A stretch of DNA of 64,000 nucleotides from Antedon mediterranea. Lineage: Eukaryota; Animalia; Echinodermata. The translations under genes were made by a program, and so were the position numbers. The notes beneath the pieces were generated by a model. It saw nothing but the letters and a program-made list of their open reading frames with translations, had not been told where the DNA came from and searched no databases. Shown here one piece after another: positions 1 through 11,141 of this stretch (within the stretch, counting starts at the first letter, position 1; every line of letters begins with the position of its first letter). The DNA lies in contig NC_092674.1 in the NCBI RefSeq assembly GCF_964355755.1, positions 24,924,001 to 24,988,000 of the forward strand, given 5' to 3'.

Positions 1-1779
1 ATCTGCTGGATCACCACACAAAGTTTTATCCACCCTTATCGTAGAGCCATCTAACTGTAGCGCTATTCTTTTTTTTTCTATAATTATAAAAAATAATCTA
101 TAAAATCCCTATGGTGGTGCATGAAAATATACAAAACATGTCTAGAACATGCCGAAAATCAGGGAGATAACATAAGATAACTTCATGTGAGGCCTAATGT
201 TTGGTCCCCACAACAGACTCAACACAAGGATGTAAGCGGAACGCAAACTATTTGACCAATCACAAGCGATGGATTCGAACTATCGCTTTTTATCGGTCAA
301 CTCTATACGTCTACGTCTTGCGTTGCGTTTCTTGCGGAAACAAAGCATTAGAAAGTAGGGCTGCCGTATCACACACAGAGGGTTACGTATGGCACAGGGA
401 TGGTAGAAAAATGAGATCCCTGTAAATGTATCTTCCTTATCGTTCGGCGTGAATCGTGAATCATTTCTGATATAAATCTTACGTAAGCTCATAGCGTTGA
501 TTACAGTTACCATAGTAACATTATATGTATCTCCAAGATCTACCGTTATCGATTCGCTAACACCACGGTCTGTTGGTTAGAGAACATCAATTATTATTGT
601 AATTACAAAAACTTTATTATTAACATGCATTTATCTATCTATTCATTTAAATTTAAAGATATTGTTTGTACATTTGAGAAGGGGTGTGAACAGTGGCGTA
701 ACGCAGAGCCTGCCATAGGAATCCCTAATGACCCTTCAACGCCGGAGGCCTCGGGTATTTTTAGCCTTTTCGACATACTGTTTTTTCCTCTGGACACTGC
801 TCAAGGGCCACATCTGGGGCCGCTGGGTTTAGCCAGTGAGCGCTCATAGCCGTTACGCGTAATCCCACGACCTTCATATATCATTAGCCTGGCATTCGAC
901 GCCTCTCTGACGAACGAGCTAAATTGCACTGACGGCTATGGCTCATTCAAACAACTTTTCGAGAGAGTTAACTTACCATCTGTAGTAAAGCATTCAGTGT
1001 TCCATGTGGCAACCGTGTCCATTCCATCCGTTATTGTTGCCACATCACTGGCATAAATTTCGGACGAAGATGAAGCTTTTGCGGATTTACGAAGAGAAAG
1101 ATATGCTGAAAATACGTAAAGAAATAAATAGTTATGGTAGTAGTACTTAGGCCCATGAAGGAATTCGTCCGTTATAAGCTTAAGCAAAAGTTTATTAGGC
1201 CAATGCCAAAGAGTATTATTCGAGAGAATAGCATGTCTTGAGCCGCGGCGCTTTTAACGATTGTGGGGTATATAGGCTTGATTTTCAGTTGTGGCACGTT
1301 ACAATTGTTGTCATCATATACCGCAATCGTTTGCCGCAATACGATCTTCACTTTTCTACCTTTTTAAATGTTTTCTATATTCAACAAACACATTATTGAA
1401 TTCAATTGAATCTTACCGGAATCTGCATCTTCTACTAAGATGTTAATCAAGATCTGAAAATAAAACATACTACTAATTCTATCTTTTTGTTTAGAAGCGT
1501 ATAATATGGTGGTAGGCTTTAGCACGGACCAATAACGATCGGGATACGTTTTCCGCTTTGTCGTCTAGAGACACGTTACTGAAGGGAAGACTGTTTATAG
1601 TTTCACTAGAAAGGTATCGACATAAAAATATCTAACAGCAAAAAAAAAAAACATACAAGTACTGTACAGAAATTCAAGATGAATTATCAGATAAAACAAA
1701 ATATGTAGGCCTTTGGCAACACACCAGTAGGCCTACTACTATCAATTACCTTTATGATGATAATCAACAAATGACGCAT
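1..1779 (-). CDS. Secreted F-type lectin (FTP)/F5-8 type C-like domain protein, 3'-partial; exons 1779-1750, 1453-1417, 1105-977, 569-483, 77-<1
   Basis: GT-AG exons with consistent phases (0,1,1,1) give MRHLLIIIIKILINILVEDADSAYLSLRKSAKASSSSEIYASDVATITDGMDTVATWNTECFTTDDRGVSESITVDLGDTYNVTMVTVINAMSLQKKRIALQLDGSTIRVDKTLCGDPAD: signal peptide, then A..SS / DG / VDLG..Y.V..V.V.N / IRV..LCG pattern of FTP/discoidin folds. Confidence 0.75.
199..347. mobile_element. Palindromic MITE family B (TTGGTTCCCAC...GGGAACCAAG type)
   Basis: Imperfect inverted repeat with internal TTGACCAATCAC..GGTCAA; related copies at 16198-16372, 16882-16935, 36386-36470, 48720-48850. Confidence 0.6.
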
Positions 1780-2791
1780 TTCACTCCTGTAATTTCACAG
1801 TAAGCCCTAGGTTTAGCAAAATGTTCAGCAAAATCAGAGAAAGTTAAAGAACATGACAGATAGCTTGGTACTTGGTGCATTGATCCTTTGCAGTGCTCAA
1901 ATTTGGTGGGATTGGGTGCAGGTGAAGCATCAGAGCCAAAATGTGCAACAACTGTACTGTATGAATACTGTCGTGATGTGATCTTACTATTTGTATTCAA
2001 ACTGTAGTGTCTGTCAATGGCAATAAGTAGCAGGCCTAATAACATGGTCGAAATTGCATTCTTTACTTAGAGGTAAATTCAATGTCTAATCTGTTACGAT
2101 GAAAGCGATATCCAAACAAGGCATTGTTACTGTATATCACGTTTAAATTGTATCTATTATTATTTCGACCTTAGTTGATGATTTAATTTCACTTATTTTG
2201 AATAAATGTTTACGTGATAACGTATAACCATTTACGTGCTGCTGAGAAAGGATATGAACAAGCATGGTAACATAATAGAAAGGTTCATCCTCGCTCGCTG
2301 TCATAATTAACAACCTTCCAACTGATTCACACTGCGAAGGACAGAAGATGTTCCATTCCGTTTTTCTATTGTTTACGGAGAAGCAATTAGTCCTATACAA
2401 AGCACAGCAATTTATCAGCAGTTGATCAAATAAAAACTAGAAGGGCACTCACTCAGAGAGCGCAAACCTTCGCCAATGCCTCATATCAATAAACACGTAA
2501 TAATAAGGCTTTACAATGAAAATAATATAATAAAAATAATTTCTGCTGGTTACGCTTTTCTGCACAGCATTGTTTGTGATCGATTGAAGATGTCTTCCGT
2601 TTCGTGAACAAGGCGTATATCCCTATGGCAAAACTGTACATTGCTGTGGTCAGCTTGATATTTGACCTAGGCATATGAACATTAAAAGACGTGTTCCCAT
2701 ACATGTATGAAATCATCCTTTAAACTCTTATGGAAATCGGGAAAAACGTTTGTGTCCTTTTTTTGGAGTCAAGGAGAACAACATTCAATTT

Positions 2792-2840
2792 CAGGTACTG
2801 TTTATAAGTACGGCGCGCTAACTGACTGAGCCACTGGGGA
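2792..2840 (-). pseudogene. 5'-half fragment of tRNA-Ile(UAU)
   Basis: D arm, anticodon and intron start present; 3' half deleted. Confidence 0.85.
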
Positions 2841-2906
2841 ACACATTTGAGAAACAAACATTAATTTGTTGTCCATTTGATGGAGCCAACGAGAACAAAA
2901 TTCAGT

Positions 2907-3014
2907 TTACCCAGGAGAGGATCGAACTCTCGACCTCCGCATTACCAAACCAGTAGGGACGAAGCCAGGTACTGTTTATAAGGACGGCGCGCTAACCGAC
3001 TGAGCCACTGGTGA
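2907..3014 (-). pseudogene. tRNA-Ile(UAU) degenerate copy
   Basis: Two acceptor-stem substitutions and A31>C relative to array consensus. Confidence 0.7.
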
Positions 3015-3077
3015 ACACGTTTGAGAAACACAAATTAAGTTGTTGTCTTTATGGAGCCAACGAGAACAAAATTCAGT

Positions 3078-3185
3078 TTCCCCAGGAGAGGATCGAACTC
3101 TCGACCTCCGCATTACCAAACCAGTAAGGATGAAGTCAAGTACTGTTTATAAGTACGGCGCGCTAACCGACTGAGCCACTGGGGA
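3078..3185 (-). tRNA. tRNA-Ile-TAT: tRNA-Ile, anticodon TAT, 34-nt intron at 37/38
   Basis: TCCCCAG TG GCTC AGTCGGTTA GCGC G CCGTA CTTATA[intron]A TGCGG AGGTC GAGAG TTCGATC CTCTC CTGGGGA A; A/B boxes; downstream TTTT. Confidence 0.9.
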
Positions 3186-3251
3186 ACACATTTAAGAAAC
3201 AAAAATTAATTTTTTGTCCGTTTTATGGAGCCAACGAGAACAAAATTTAGT

Positions 3252-3359
3252 TTCCCCAGGAGAGGATCGAACTCTCGACCTCCGCATTACCAAACCAGTA
3301 AGGATGAAGTCAAGTACTGTTTATAAGTACGGCGCGCTAACCGACTGAGCCACTGTGGA
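3252..3359 (-). tRNA. tRNA-Ile-TAT: tRNA-Ile(UAU) copy with one acceptor-stem mismatch
   Basis: Consensus except C4>A. Confidence 0.65.
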
Positions 3360-3425
3360 ACACATTTAAGAAACAAAAATTAATTTTTTGTCCGTTTTAT
3401 GGAGCCAACGAGAACAAAATTTAGT

Positions 3426-3533
3426 TTCCCCAGGAGAGGATCGAACTCTCGACCTCCGCATTACCAAACCAGTAAGGATGAAGTCAAGTACTGTTTATAA
3501 GTCCGGCGCGCTAACCGACTGAGCCACTGGGGA
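3426..3533 (-). tRNA. tRNA-Ile-TAT: tRNA-Ile(UAU) copy with anticodon-stem mismatch
   Basis: Consensus except T30>G. Confidence 0.6.
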
Positions 3534-3599
3534 ACACATTTAAGAAACAAAAATAAATTTTTTGTCCGTTTTATGGAGCCAAGGAGAACAAAATTTAGT

Positions 3600-3706
3600 T
3601 TCCCCAGGAGAGGATCGAACTCTCGACCTCCGCATTACCAAACCAGTAAGGACGAAGTCAAGTACTGTTTATAAGTACGCGCGCTAACCGACTGAGCCAC
3701 TGGGGA
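3600..3706 (-). pseudogene. tRNA-Ile(UAU) copy with 1-nt anticodon-stem deletion
   Basis: + strand reads tacgcgcg instead of tacggcgcg. Confidence 0.7.
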
Positions 3707-3772
3707 ACATATTTGAGGTACAAAAATTAATTTGTTGTCCATTTTATGGAGCCAACGACAACAACCTTTAGT

Positions 3773-3883
3773 TTCCCCAGGAGAGGATCGAACGCCCGAC
3801 CTCCGCATTTCCAAACCAGTAAGTACGAATAAGCCAGGGACTGTTTGTAAGTACACGGCGCTAACCGACTGACCCACTGAGGA
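3773..3883 (-). pseudogene. Degenerate tRNA-Ile copy, anticodon mutated to TAC
   Basis: Multiple stem mismatches and indels. Confidence 0.8.
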
Positions 3884-3951
3884 AAAGACGTTTGCGGAAC
3901 AAACATTGATTTGTTGTCCATTTAATGAAGCCAAAGAGAACAAAATTCAGT

Positions 3952-4058
3952 TTTCACAGCAGAGGATCGAACTCACGACCTCCGCATTACCAAACCAGTA
4001 AGGACGAAGCCAGGTACTGTTATAAATATGGCGCGCTAACCGACTGAGCCACTGGGGA
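3952..4058 (-). pseudogene. Degenerate tRNA-Ile(UAU) copy
   Basis: Acceptor, T-stem and anticodon-arm substitutions, 1-nt intron deletion. Confidence 0.8.
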
Positions 4059-4124
4059 ACACATTTGAGAAACACACATTAAGTTGTTGTCCATTTTATG
4101 GAGCCAACGAGAACAAAATTCAGT

Positions 4125-4235
4125 TTCGCCAAGAAAGGATCGTACTCTCGACGACCTCCGCATTACCAAACCAACAAGGACGAAACCAGGTACTGTTTAT
4201 AAGTACTGCGCGCTAACCGACTGAGCCACTGGGGA
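4125..4235 (-). pseudogene. Degenerate tRNA-Ile(UAU) copy
   Basis: B-box mutation, 3-nt insertion, stem mismatches. Confidence 0.8.
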
Positions 4236-4305
4236 ACACATTATTTTAAGAAACAAAAAATAATTTGTTGTTCATTTTGTGGAGCCAACGAGAACAAAAT
4301 TCAGT

Positions 4306-4413
4306 TTCCCCAGGAGAGGTTCGAACTCTCGACCTCCGCATTACCAAACCAGTATTGACGAAGCCAGGTACTGTTTATAAGTACGGCGCGCTAACCGACT
4401 GAGCCACTGGGGA
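4306..4413 (-). tRNA. tRNA-Ile-TAT: tRNA-Ile(UAU), intron-containing
   Basis: Consensus stems, T loop TTCGAAC, downstream TTTT. Confidence 0.88.
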
Positions 4414-4483
4414 ACACATTAGTTTAAGAAACAAAAAATAATTTGTTGTCCATTTTGTGGAGCCAACGAGAACAAAATTCAGT

Positions 4484-4562
4484 TTCCCCAGGAGAGGTTC
4501 GAACTCTCGACCTCCGCATTACCAAACCAGTAAGGACGAAACCAGGTACTGTTCATAAGTAC
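4484..4562 (-). pseudogene. 5'-truncated tRNA-Ile fragment
   Basis: 3' half and intron present, D arm absent; another short fragment at ~4618-4643. Confidence 0.8.
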
Positions 4563-5516
4563 AGTATTTTTTTCCATTTTCCTCAGTTAAAAAAAAACAG
4601 AGAACAAAATTTAGTTTTGAACTCTCGACCTCCGCATTTCCAATTTCCAACCTTTCACGTGTACACCAGATAAGTTATACCTTATACCTTATGCTACCAT
4701 TATATTAAAAGTATATGTAGGCCTAATACTCATTTGTATTTTAAATGACTGGTTTTACTAATCACTTAAGTAAATAAGTTGCATTAATCTGATTTCTGTT
4801 TTAAAACTTGAGCTTGATTGAGATTTGCACGTGAACAACTGTGAACCCGGACTTGTCCTTTAAATCTACGGTCATTGTTTACACTGACGAGGTGTTATTC
4901 GGACCTTTAGTTCATTTCAATTCCACTTTAACAATAGATTCGAAGAAATACAAGTGATTTTCTGAAAGAGAAAACACTAAAAGTCATCCATGTGAATCGA
5001 ATCGATTCTGAAACCGTGATATACGTAATGAAATTGTAAAATAATCTGAACACTATCAGCAAAGGAAGTACAGTAGATTACTGTATGTTGGACTTTCTAA
5101 GATTAAGGTATGTTTAAAGAGTGTACGGACAAAAACCAGTGGTAAGAGTATCATATGTATAATTTCAAAATTTTTCTTGTAGGCCTATTGCAATATGGGT
5201 CACGAATTCAAAATAGGTCTCATCTGCGGACCTAGTGCCTCCCACGAACGACAGCGGAGTAACCCCCTAGTCTTCTGAATGATGCACACTCCAGTCTTAA
5301 GTCCTTATCTGAGAAGACTAACAAACTAACGGTCGAGGAGAGACTTGAACCTGTGCCTATTGTATTGCTACGGTTGTGGTTCCCCTTCCTTGAATTAATC
5401 GCTATAGGCCACACAACTCGACATAATAGTCTTGTTGTTGTTTGTATGTGAGTTTCAAATAATCTTATCTTTCTTTAGTTTGTGATTGTATCCATTTTGT
5501 TGAGTGAGCACAAATT

Positions 5517-6470
5517 ATGGAATACGAAGACAATATTACGACACTGAATGGTACCGCTCCTTCACCAGAGACGGAGGAGAACTATTCTGACATCCCTTGG
5601 ATTATTTATTACATCATTGGCTTCTTTGCAACAATTGAAAACGCTTTTGTTTTACTTATTGTCCTAAAGTCGAAGAAATTCCGCAATAAAAGAAATATTT
5701 GTTTATTCAGCTTATCATTGGCGGATTGTATTGTTGGCCTGCAATCAGTTTTAATATGCTTTGAAATAGTTTATGATTCAAATGTCTTCTATTCAATTTT
5801 GGAAGCAATGTTTCTTATATCAATGTTTAGCATAAGTGCTATCTGCATAGAACGTTACATTGCAATCGTTGGCGCACCATTTACCTACAAACAAGTTATA
5901 ACACTAAAGAGATGCCTTGTTGTCTGCTTCCTTATCTGGGATATTCCCATAACTGTTGTTATAGTTGTTTATAGCTTTGTATATAATAGATGGACGAGAT
6001 TTTCGTTTGCTTGCGTATCATTATGTTCAATCGTTGCAAACTATATTCTCTATTACAAAATCTCATTGGAACTTACAAAAAACGATCGTAAAGTTACGGA
6101 AGATTTTGGAAACAATATGCTAGGACGATCGCGGAAATTGATTCGATCTTTCACCATTTTACTTGTCATTTCCAGTGTCTGCTGGCTTCCGCTTTGTTGT
6201 TTTTGGACATTAGCTGTGATTTATGAAACTTTAGACAATAATGTAAATGCAGAGAACTGGCTGTATTGCTTGGCTTTGAGTAATTCAGTTATCAACCCAA
6301 TAGTTTACTGGTTTCGTTTACCAGGAATGAAAGAAGAGCTCAAGAATTTGATATGTTGCTGTAAAAATGTTACTGAAAAAGAAGAAGTAAATTCGAATGG
6401 TCTCCAAACAATTTCAACCGTAACAACATCACTTCCCTCTACAGTAACGAATTTGGAACCTATAACTTAA
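5517..6470 (+). CDS. Rhodopsin-class (class A) GPCR, paralogue 1, 317 aa
   Basis: Seven hydrophobic segments; IEN (TM1), LSLAD (TM2), ERY (TM3), CWLP (TM6), NSVINPIVY (TM7), CCC after helix 8, N-terminal sequons. Confidence 0.95.
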   Translation: MEYEDNITTLNGTAPSPETEENYSDIPWIIYYIIGFFATIENAFVLLIVLKSKKFRNKRNICLFSLSLADCIVGLQSVLICFEIVYDSNVFYSILEAMFLISMFSISAICIERYIAIVGAPFTYKQVITLKRCLVVCFLIWDIPITVVIVVYSFVYNRWTRFSFACVSLCSIVANYILYYKISLELTKNDRKVTEDFGNNMLGRSRKLIRSFTILLVISSVCWLPLCCFWTLAVIYETLDNNVNAENWLYCLALSNSVINPIVYWFRLPGMKEELKNLICCCKNVTEKEEVNSNGLQTISTVTTSLPSTVTNLEPIT

Positions 6471-7035
6471 ATTAACTTTTTATTTTTGAAAGATTTTCGA
6501 TTTCTCATAGAACGTTTATTGAAATGTAATATTGTTTCTTTATCACATGAAATTTAAATGTAGTCTATAGTGTGTATGAGGCCTATTTGTAATAGATGTA
6601 GTATAAGGTCAAAACAAAAAAGAAACATACAAATTGTGTGTGTTAAAATTTAATAAAAGAAATAACTACTTTTGAATACATTTTTAAAACATCGAGTAAA
6701 TGGTATATAGGCGTACCTTCACAATAACTTGCAATAACCATAAAATGTACGTTTTTAAATCATACTTTTACTACATCGATTGTATGTACATGTATAGATA
6801 TAGTCCCTTTTTAACTACGCAATTGAATTTTATTATTTTTATATTTTTACAAACAATTATGTATAATTATTATGTATATATATTTGTATAACAGAATGAA
6901 TAAATGTGGGTGACCCCTACAAAAGAGAAAAAAATATATATTAAAACAATGATTTAAAATAAAAGGGAAATTTAATCTACAGCAAAAATTGTTTTTCATT
7001 ATTTTTATTGATTCACAAAGAGATTAAAATTAAGG

Positions 7036-7143
7036 TTCCCCAGGAGAGGATCGAACTCTCGACCTCCGCATTACCAAACCAGTATGAACGAAGCCAAGTA
7101 CTGTTTATAAGTACGGCGCGCTAACCGACTGAGCCACTGGGGA
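7036..7143 (-). tRNA. tRNA-Ile-TAT: tRNA-Ile(UAU), intron-containing, between GPCR1 and GPCR2
   Basis: Mature sequence identical to consensus; differences confined to intron. Confidence 0.9.
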
Positions 7144-8707
7144 ACACACCTAAAAAAAGATTTCAAATTTTTAGAATCCGGAAAACCGATTTTTTCAAGT
7201 CTAGAAAACAACTGCAGATGCAGGAAGATTGTAATTCCAGTTTATTGGTTAGACAAATAATATTTAAATACTTATCTTTCAAATATTTTTACCATAATGT
7301 TCAAGGAAATGTTGCTATTTACAAGTCAACCTATTCACATACTTTGAATGTGCTGTTTGCACCATAGCAATGTTCTTCCGTATTTTCGCCACTCTTTTCG
7401 TAGCGAATTGATATCGCTGCGCTGGAAGAAATTGAATTCATTAATTGTGTAGGTTTTTCAACATACAAGAAGAGACAGAGCCGATAGACACGTATTATAA
7501 GGACAATAACTTACTTTATATCAATGAATGGCGTTAATCAGTTAAGTATCTAGTTTGACAGTTGCATAATTTGGTGTTTAAAACTAAGATTGAAATTTAC
7601 ATGTAAACAACCGTGAACCCGGACTTGTTCTTTAAGCTATTGTATAATTTTGGTTTACATCGACAAGGTGCTATAGTTTAGTTAAATCCCACTTTAACAA
7701 TGGAGGAGATGAAATACACTTTTCTAAAAGACAAATCGTTAAAACTCGCCCATGTGAATCAATCTATTGTGAAATACAGGCAGTTGCATTTCTGAGGTAA
7801 ATTATTGTTGAGCGTTTTTAGAAAACTGTGATTTACGTATTCAAAATATAGTAAAATATTCAGACAACCATAAATCAACATCTTATCTCAAACGAAGAAC
7901 CGTCGGTTGCTATACTGCATCTTTTATGCTTGCAATAATTTGAAAGAGTACGGACAGAACCAGTGGTATGTAGTATTTTAGGATTGTCCTTTTGTTGTAG
8001 TGAATTATCGGTCAGAGCTCGGTCACGCCAGTCAGGGCGTAAGCATACCAAGGGTCAAAATTGCTGTGCTAGGCCTACCACGAACGAACTATGAAAACAC
8101 AAAGAGACTGTTTTAGAATCAATCTGCAAAATACCACTTTTATTCGTAATACTATGTTTAACGTATTTATGCCTAATTGTTGTGGTGTGCCATAGAATAA
8201 TTTCATGGTAAGCAGCTTTTTTGTATATAGTTGTTTTTTATTATTATTATGCGCACTTACATTAATTAAAAATCAGAAGAAGAAGGTCAAACAACTCAAC
8301 CATTTAATTAGAAGAAATCTGAGCTAGACTGGCAAACATTGTGTTGGTATTTTTTCTTTTGCTAAAACATAAAAAAGTAGACTTTTTCGAGAATATACAA
8401 ACATTACTATACAAAGTTTCAAATTTGTGTACGTATCTTTCAGAGCTCAGATACGGGTCGTAGTTTTTTATTTGGTAAGTGATTCTATTGCTAAAACATG
8501 ACAAAGTAGGCTTACTTTTGTTTGCTACCTTAAGAAAAAATACCACCACAATTGATTGAAACCATATACATTTTTCGAGAATATAGAAGCCATACTATAA
8601 TTTAAATTCAATTCATCGACATTTTTATTCAAAGTTTAAAATGTGTGTTCTTTCAGAGCTTAGAAACGGATCATAGTTTTTCCATTTGGTAAGTGAGCAC
8701 ATGCAGT

Positions 8708-9664
8708 ATGGAATACGAAGATGAATTTGCCAATGATAGTACAGCATTGAATTTCACTGCTCCTTCACCAGGCACGGAAGAGTCAAAGATTCCTTGGATT
8801 ATTTACCACATCGTTGGTGTCTTCGCCGCAATTGAAAACGCTATTGTTCTACTTATTGTCCTAAAATCGAAGAAATTCCGCAATAAAAGGAACATATTTT
8901 TATTTAGTTTATCGTTAGCCGATTTTATTGTTGGTTTGCAATCAGTTTTAATATATGCTGATATATTTAATGAATCATATGTGTTCGGTTCAATTTTAGA
9001 CGCCATGTTTCTTGTATCAATGTTTAGCATAAGTGCTGTCTGCATCGAACGTTACATTGCAATTGTTGGCGCACCATTTACCTACAAACAAATTATAACA
9101 CTAAAGCGATGCCTTGTCGTCTGCTTCTTTATCTGGGATATTCCCATAACTGTTATCTTGGTTATTTATGGTTATGTGTATAATAGATGGACGAGATTTG
9201 CGTTTGCTTGCGTATCATTATGTTCAATCGTTGCAAACTGTATTCTCTATTACAAAATCTCATTGGAACTTACAAAAAATGATCGTAAAATTACGGAAGA
9301 CTTTAGAAACAATATGCTAGGACGATCGAGGAAATTGATTCGATCTTTCACCATTTTACTTGTTATTTCCAGTGTCTGCTGGCTTCCGCTTTGTTGTTTT
9401 TGGACATTAGCAGTGATTTATGAAACTGTGGACAATAATGTAAATTCAGAGAACTGGCTGTTTTGCTTAGCTTTGAGTAATTCAGTTATAAACCCAATAG
9501 TTTACTGGTTTCGTTTACCAGGAATAAAGGAAGAGCTCCAGAATTTGATATGTTGCTGTAGAAATGTTGCTAAGAAAGAAAAAGCCAATTCGAACAGTCC
9601 TCAAACAATTTCAACCGTAACAACATCACTTCCCATTTCAGTAACGAACTCGGAATCTATATAA
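8708..9664 (+). CDS. Rhodopsin-class GPCR, paralogue 2, 318 aa
   Basis: Same motifs as paralogue 1; ATG 8708 (MEYED) preferred over GTG 8693; splice acceptor tttcag at ~8656. Confidence 0.95.
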   Translation: MEYEDEFANDSTALNFTAPSPGTEESKIPWIIYHIVGVFAAIENAIVLLIVLKSKKFRNKRNIFLFSLSLADFIVGLQSVLIYADIFNESYVFGSILDAMFLVSMFSISAVCIERYIAIVGAPFTYKQIITLKRCLVVCFFIWDIPITVILVIYGYVYNRWTRFAFACVSLCSIVANCILYYKISLELTKNDRKITEDFRNNMLGRSRKLIRSFTILLVISSVCWLPLCCFWTLAVIYETVDNNVNSENWLFCLALSNSVINPIVYWFRLPGIKEELQNLICCCRNVAKKEKANSNSPQTISTVTTSLPISVTNSESI

Positions 9665-9957
9665 TGAATTCTATTTTGTTGCTTATAGAACGTCTAAATA
9701 AAAATGTAATAATTGCTCCTCATTCTGACGTGAACATTAAATGTAGCCTAAAATGCAATTTATCAAGAAGAAAAAAAAACACTACCAAAAAATGTAAAAA
9801 GTCAGTTTGAAGCTTACCAAATGACGGTGTTTATTGATGTTAATTTGGTTATTGTATTTAGATAAGAAAATACTACTGTAATTTGAATGGAAATCAGAAG
9901 CAGAACTTTATTGATGGAACGCCAATGGCCACAAAATATATTCTGTGATTCAGAAGA

Positions 9958-10771
9958 AAACAAGGCCAACAGCCATTAAGTCGCGTGCTACAATGCATAG
10001 TGATACACGACCGACAGACAAACAGACCGACAGACAGACAGACCGACAGACAGACGGACCGACCGACATAGTGAACTATACTGACCGAAATTACTGAACA
10101 TGTTTAAAAATGTTGAAATGTTTAAAAACATTTATATTTTTTTAATTTACACGTGCGTAGCCTGTCACTTTTGACGTGCTCGTATAACGTAATTTCGAGT
10201 TGAAAAGTAAGTCAAGAAAACAGAAATCGGGCAAAAAGAGTGCGCAATAACATTTAACGCGCAGTGCGCGCGCAAAAATCTGCGCACTCATGGCAATTTT
10301 GTAAACGCTTAAAATTGCCTGAAACGTACTCTTATTTCATCGAAAATAAATTTTGAAAATTTTAGGCGCGCGTACGCATGCGTTACATGCGCTACGCACG
10401 TAATTGTATTGCCATATGATGATTTATGCCCTGAAATTTATGAGTACCAAATTTTATTTAATTGTGATTCATGGTTGTTAAGATATGATTACAAACGTGA
10501 TTTCGTTAAATCGTGCGTAGACCGCGTAATTTTTTATTGCGCACCGTGAAATCATAACCACATCGATTCCTGGCCATAAGGAATATTCTGTGAAAAATTG
10601 ATTTAGCTAGATTAAACTGATATCAAGATAAGGTCATAAAGCGATAAAACGCATAGTGATACCGGACCGACAGACAGACAGACCGACAGACAGACCGACA
10701 GACCGACAGACAGACAGACAGACCGACCGACCGACATAGTGAACTATAGAGTCGCTTCCACGCGACTAAAA
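9958..10771 (-). mobile_element. Helentron-associated (HINE/DINE-1-like) non-autonomous element
   Basis: Absent from the paralogous flank at ~14765; (CAGA/CCGA)n tracts, sub-terminal inverted repeat AGTCGCGTG/CACGCGACT, minus-strand end GGCTGTTGGCCTTGTT, A/T-run insertion site without TSD. Confidence 0.7.
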
Positions 10772-11033
10772 ATGACATTTTCACGTGTTACATTTTCAAT
10801 CCTGACCTCTATACTTTCTAGTTGCTTAAAATTATTTGCTGAAACAATTGCTTCGTTATGCCTTATAATGTTTAAACTCAATTGAAACATAGAATTATTC
10901 TATAATCTAGTCTTAAATTGAATACAATGAACAATAATTAAACCAGTGATATTCAATAAAAGGGAAATTTAAATTGCTGAAAAATAATTAATTTTTCATT
11001 ATTTTATGGAGTCAAAAAGAAAAAAAAATGAGT

Positions 11034-11141
11034 TTCCCCAGGAGAGGATCGAACTCTCGACCTCCGCATTACCAAACCAGTAAGGACGAAGCCAGGTACT
11101 GTTTATAAGTACGGCGCGCTAACCGACTGAGCCACTGGGGA
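11034..11141 (-). tRNA. tRNA-Ile-TAT: tRNA-Ile(UAU), intron-containing, downstream of GPCR2
   Basis: Perfect consensus; long T-run terminator. Confidence 0.92.

Larger units (their letters stand above)
2761..4645 (-). repeat. Tandem array (~174-bp unit) of tRNA-Ile(UAU) genes/pseudogenes
   Basis: Nine full-length units plus truncated end units, each a 108-nt pre-tRNA and a ~66-nt spacer (ATGGAGCCAACGAGAACAAAA). Confidence 0.95.

Noticed and set aside
2761-4645. CRISPR-like repeat-spacer array
   Set aside because: Spacers are homologous to each other, repeats fold as tRNA, no cas genes, eukaryotic context
3635-4673. ORFs 3635-3943, 3727-3921 and 4443-4673
   Set aside because: Chance frames through tRNA repeats
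5517-6470. Linked tRNA-Ile(UAU) genes supply ATA codons for the Ile-rich receptors
   Set aside because: Manual count in GPCR1 gives 11 ATA of 36 Ile codons, unremarkable for AT-rich DNA, and tRNAs act in trans
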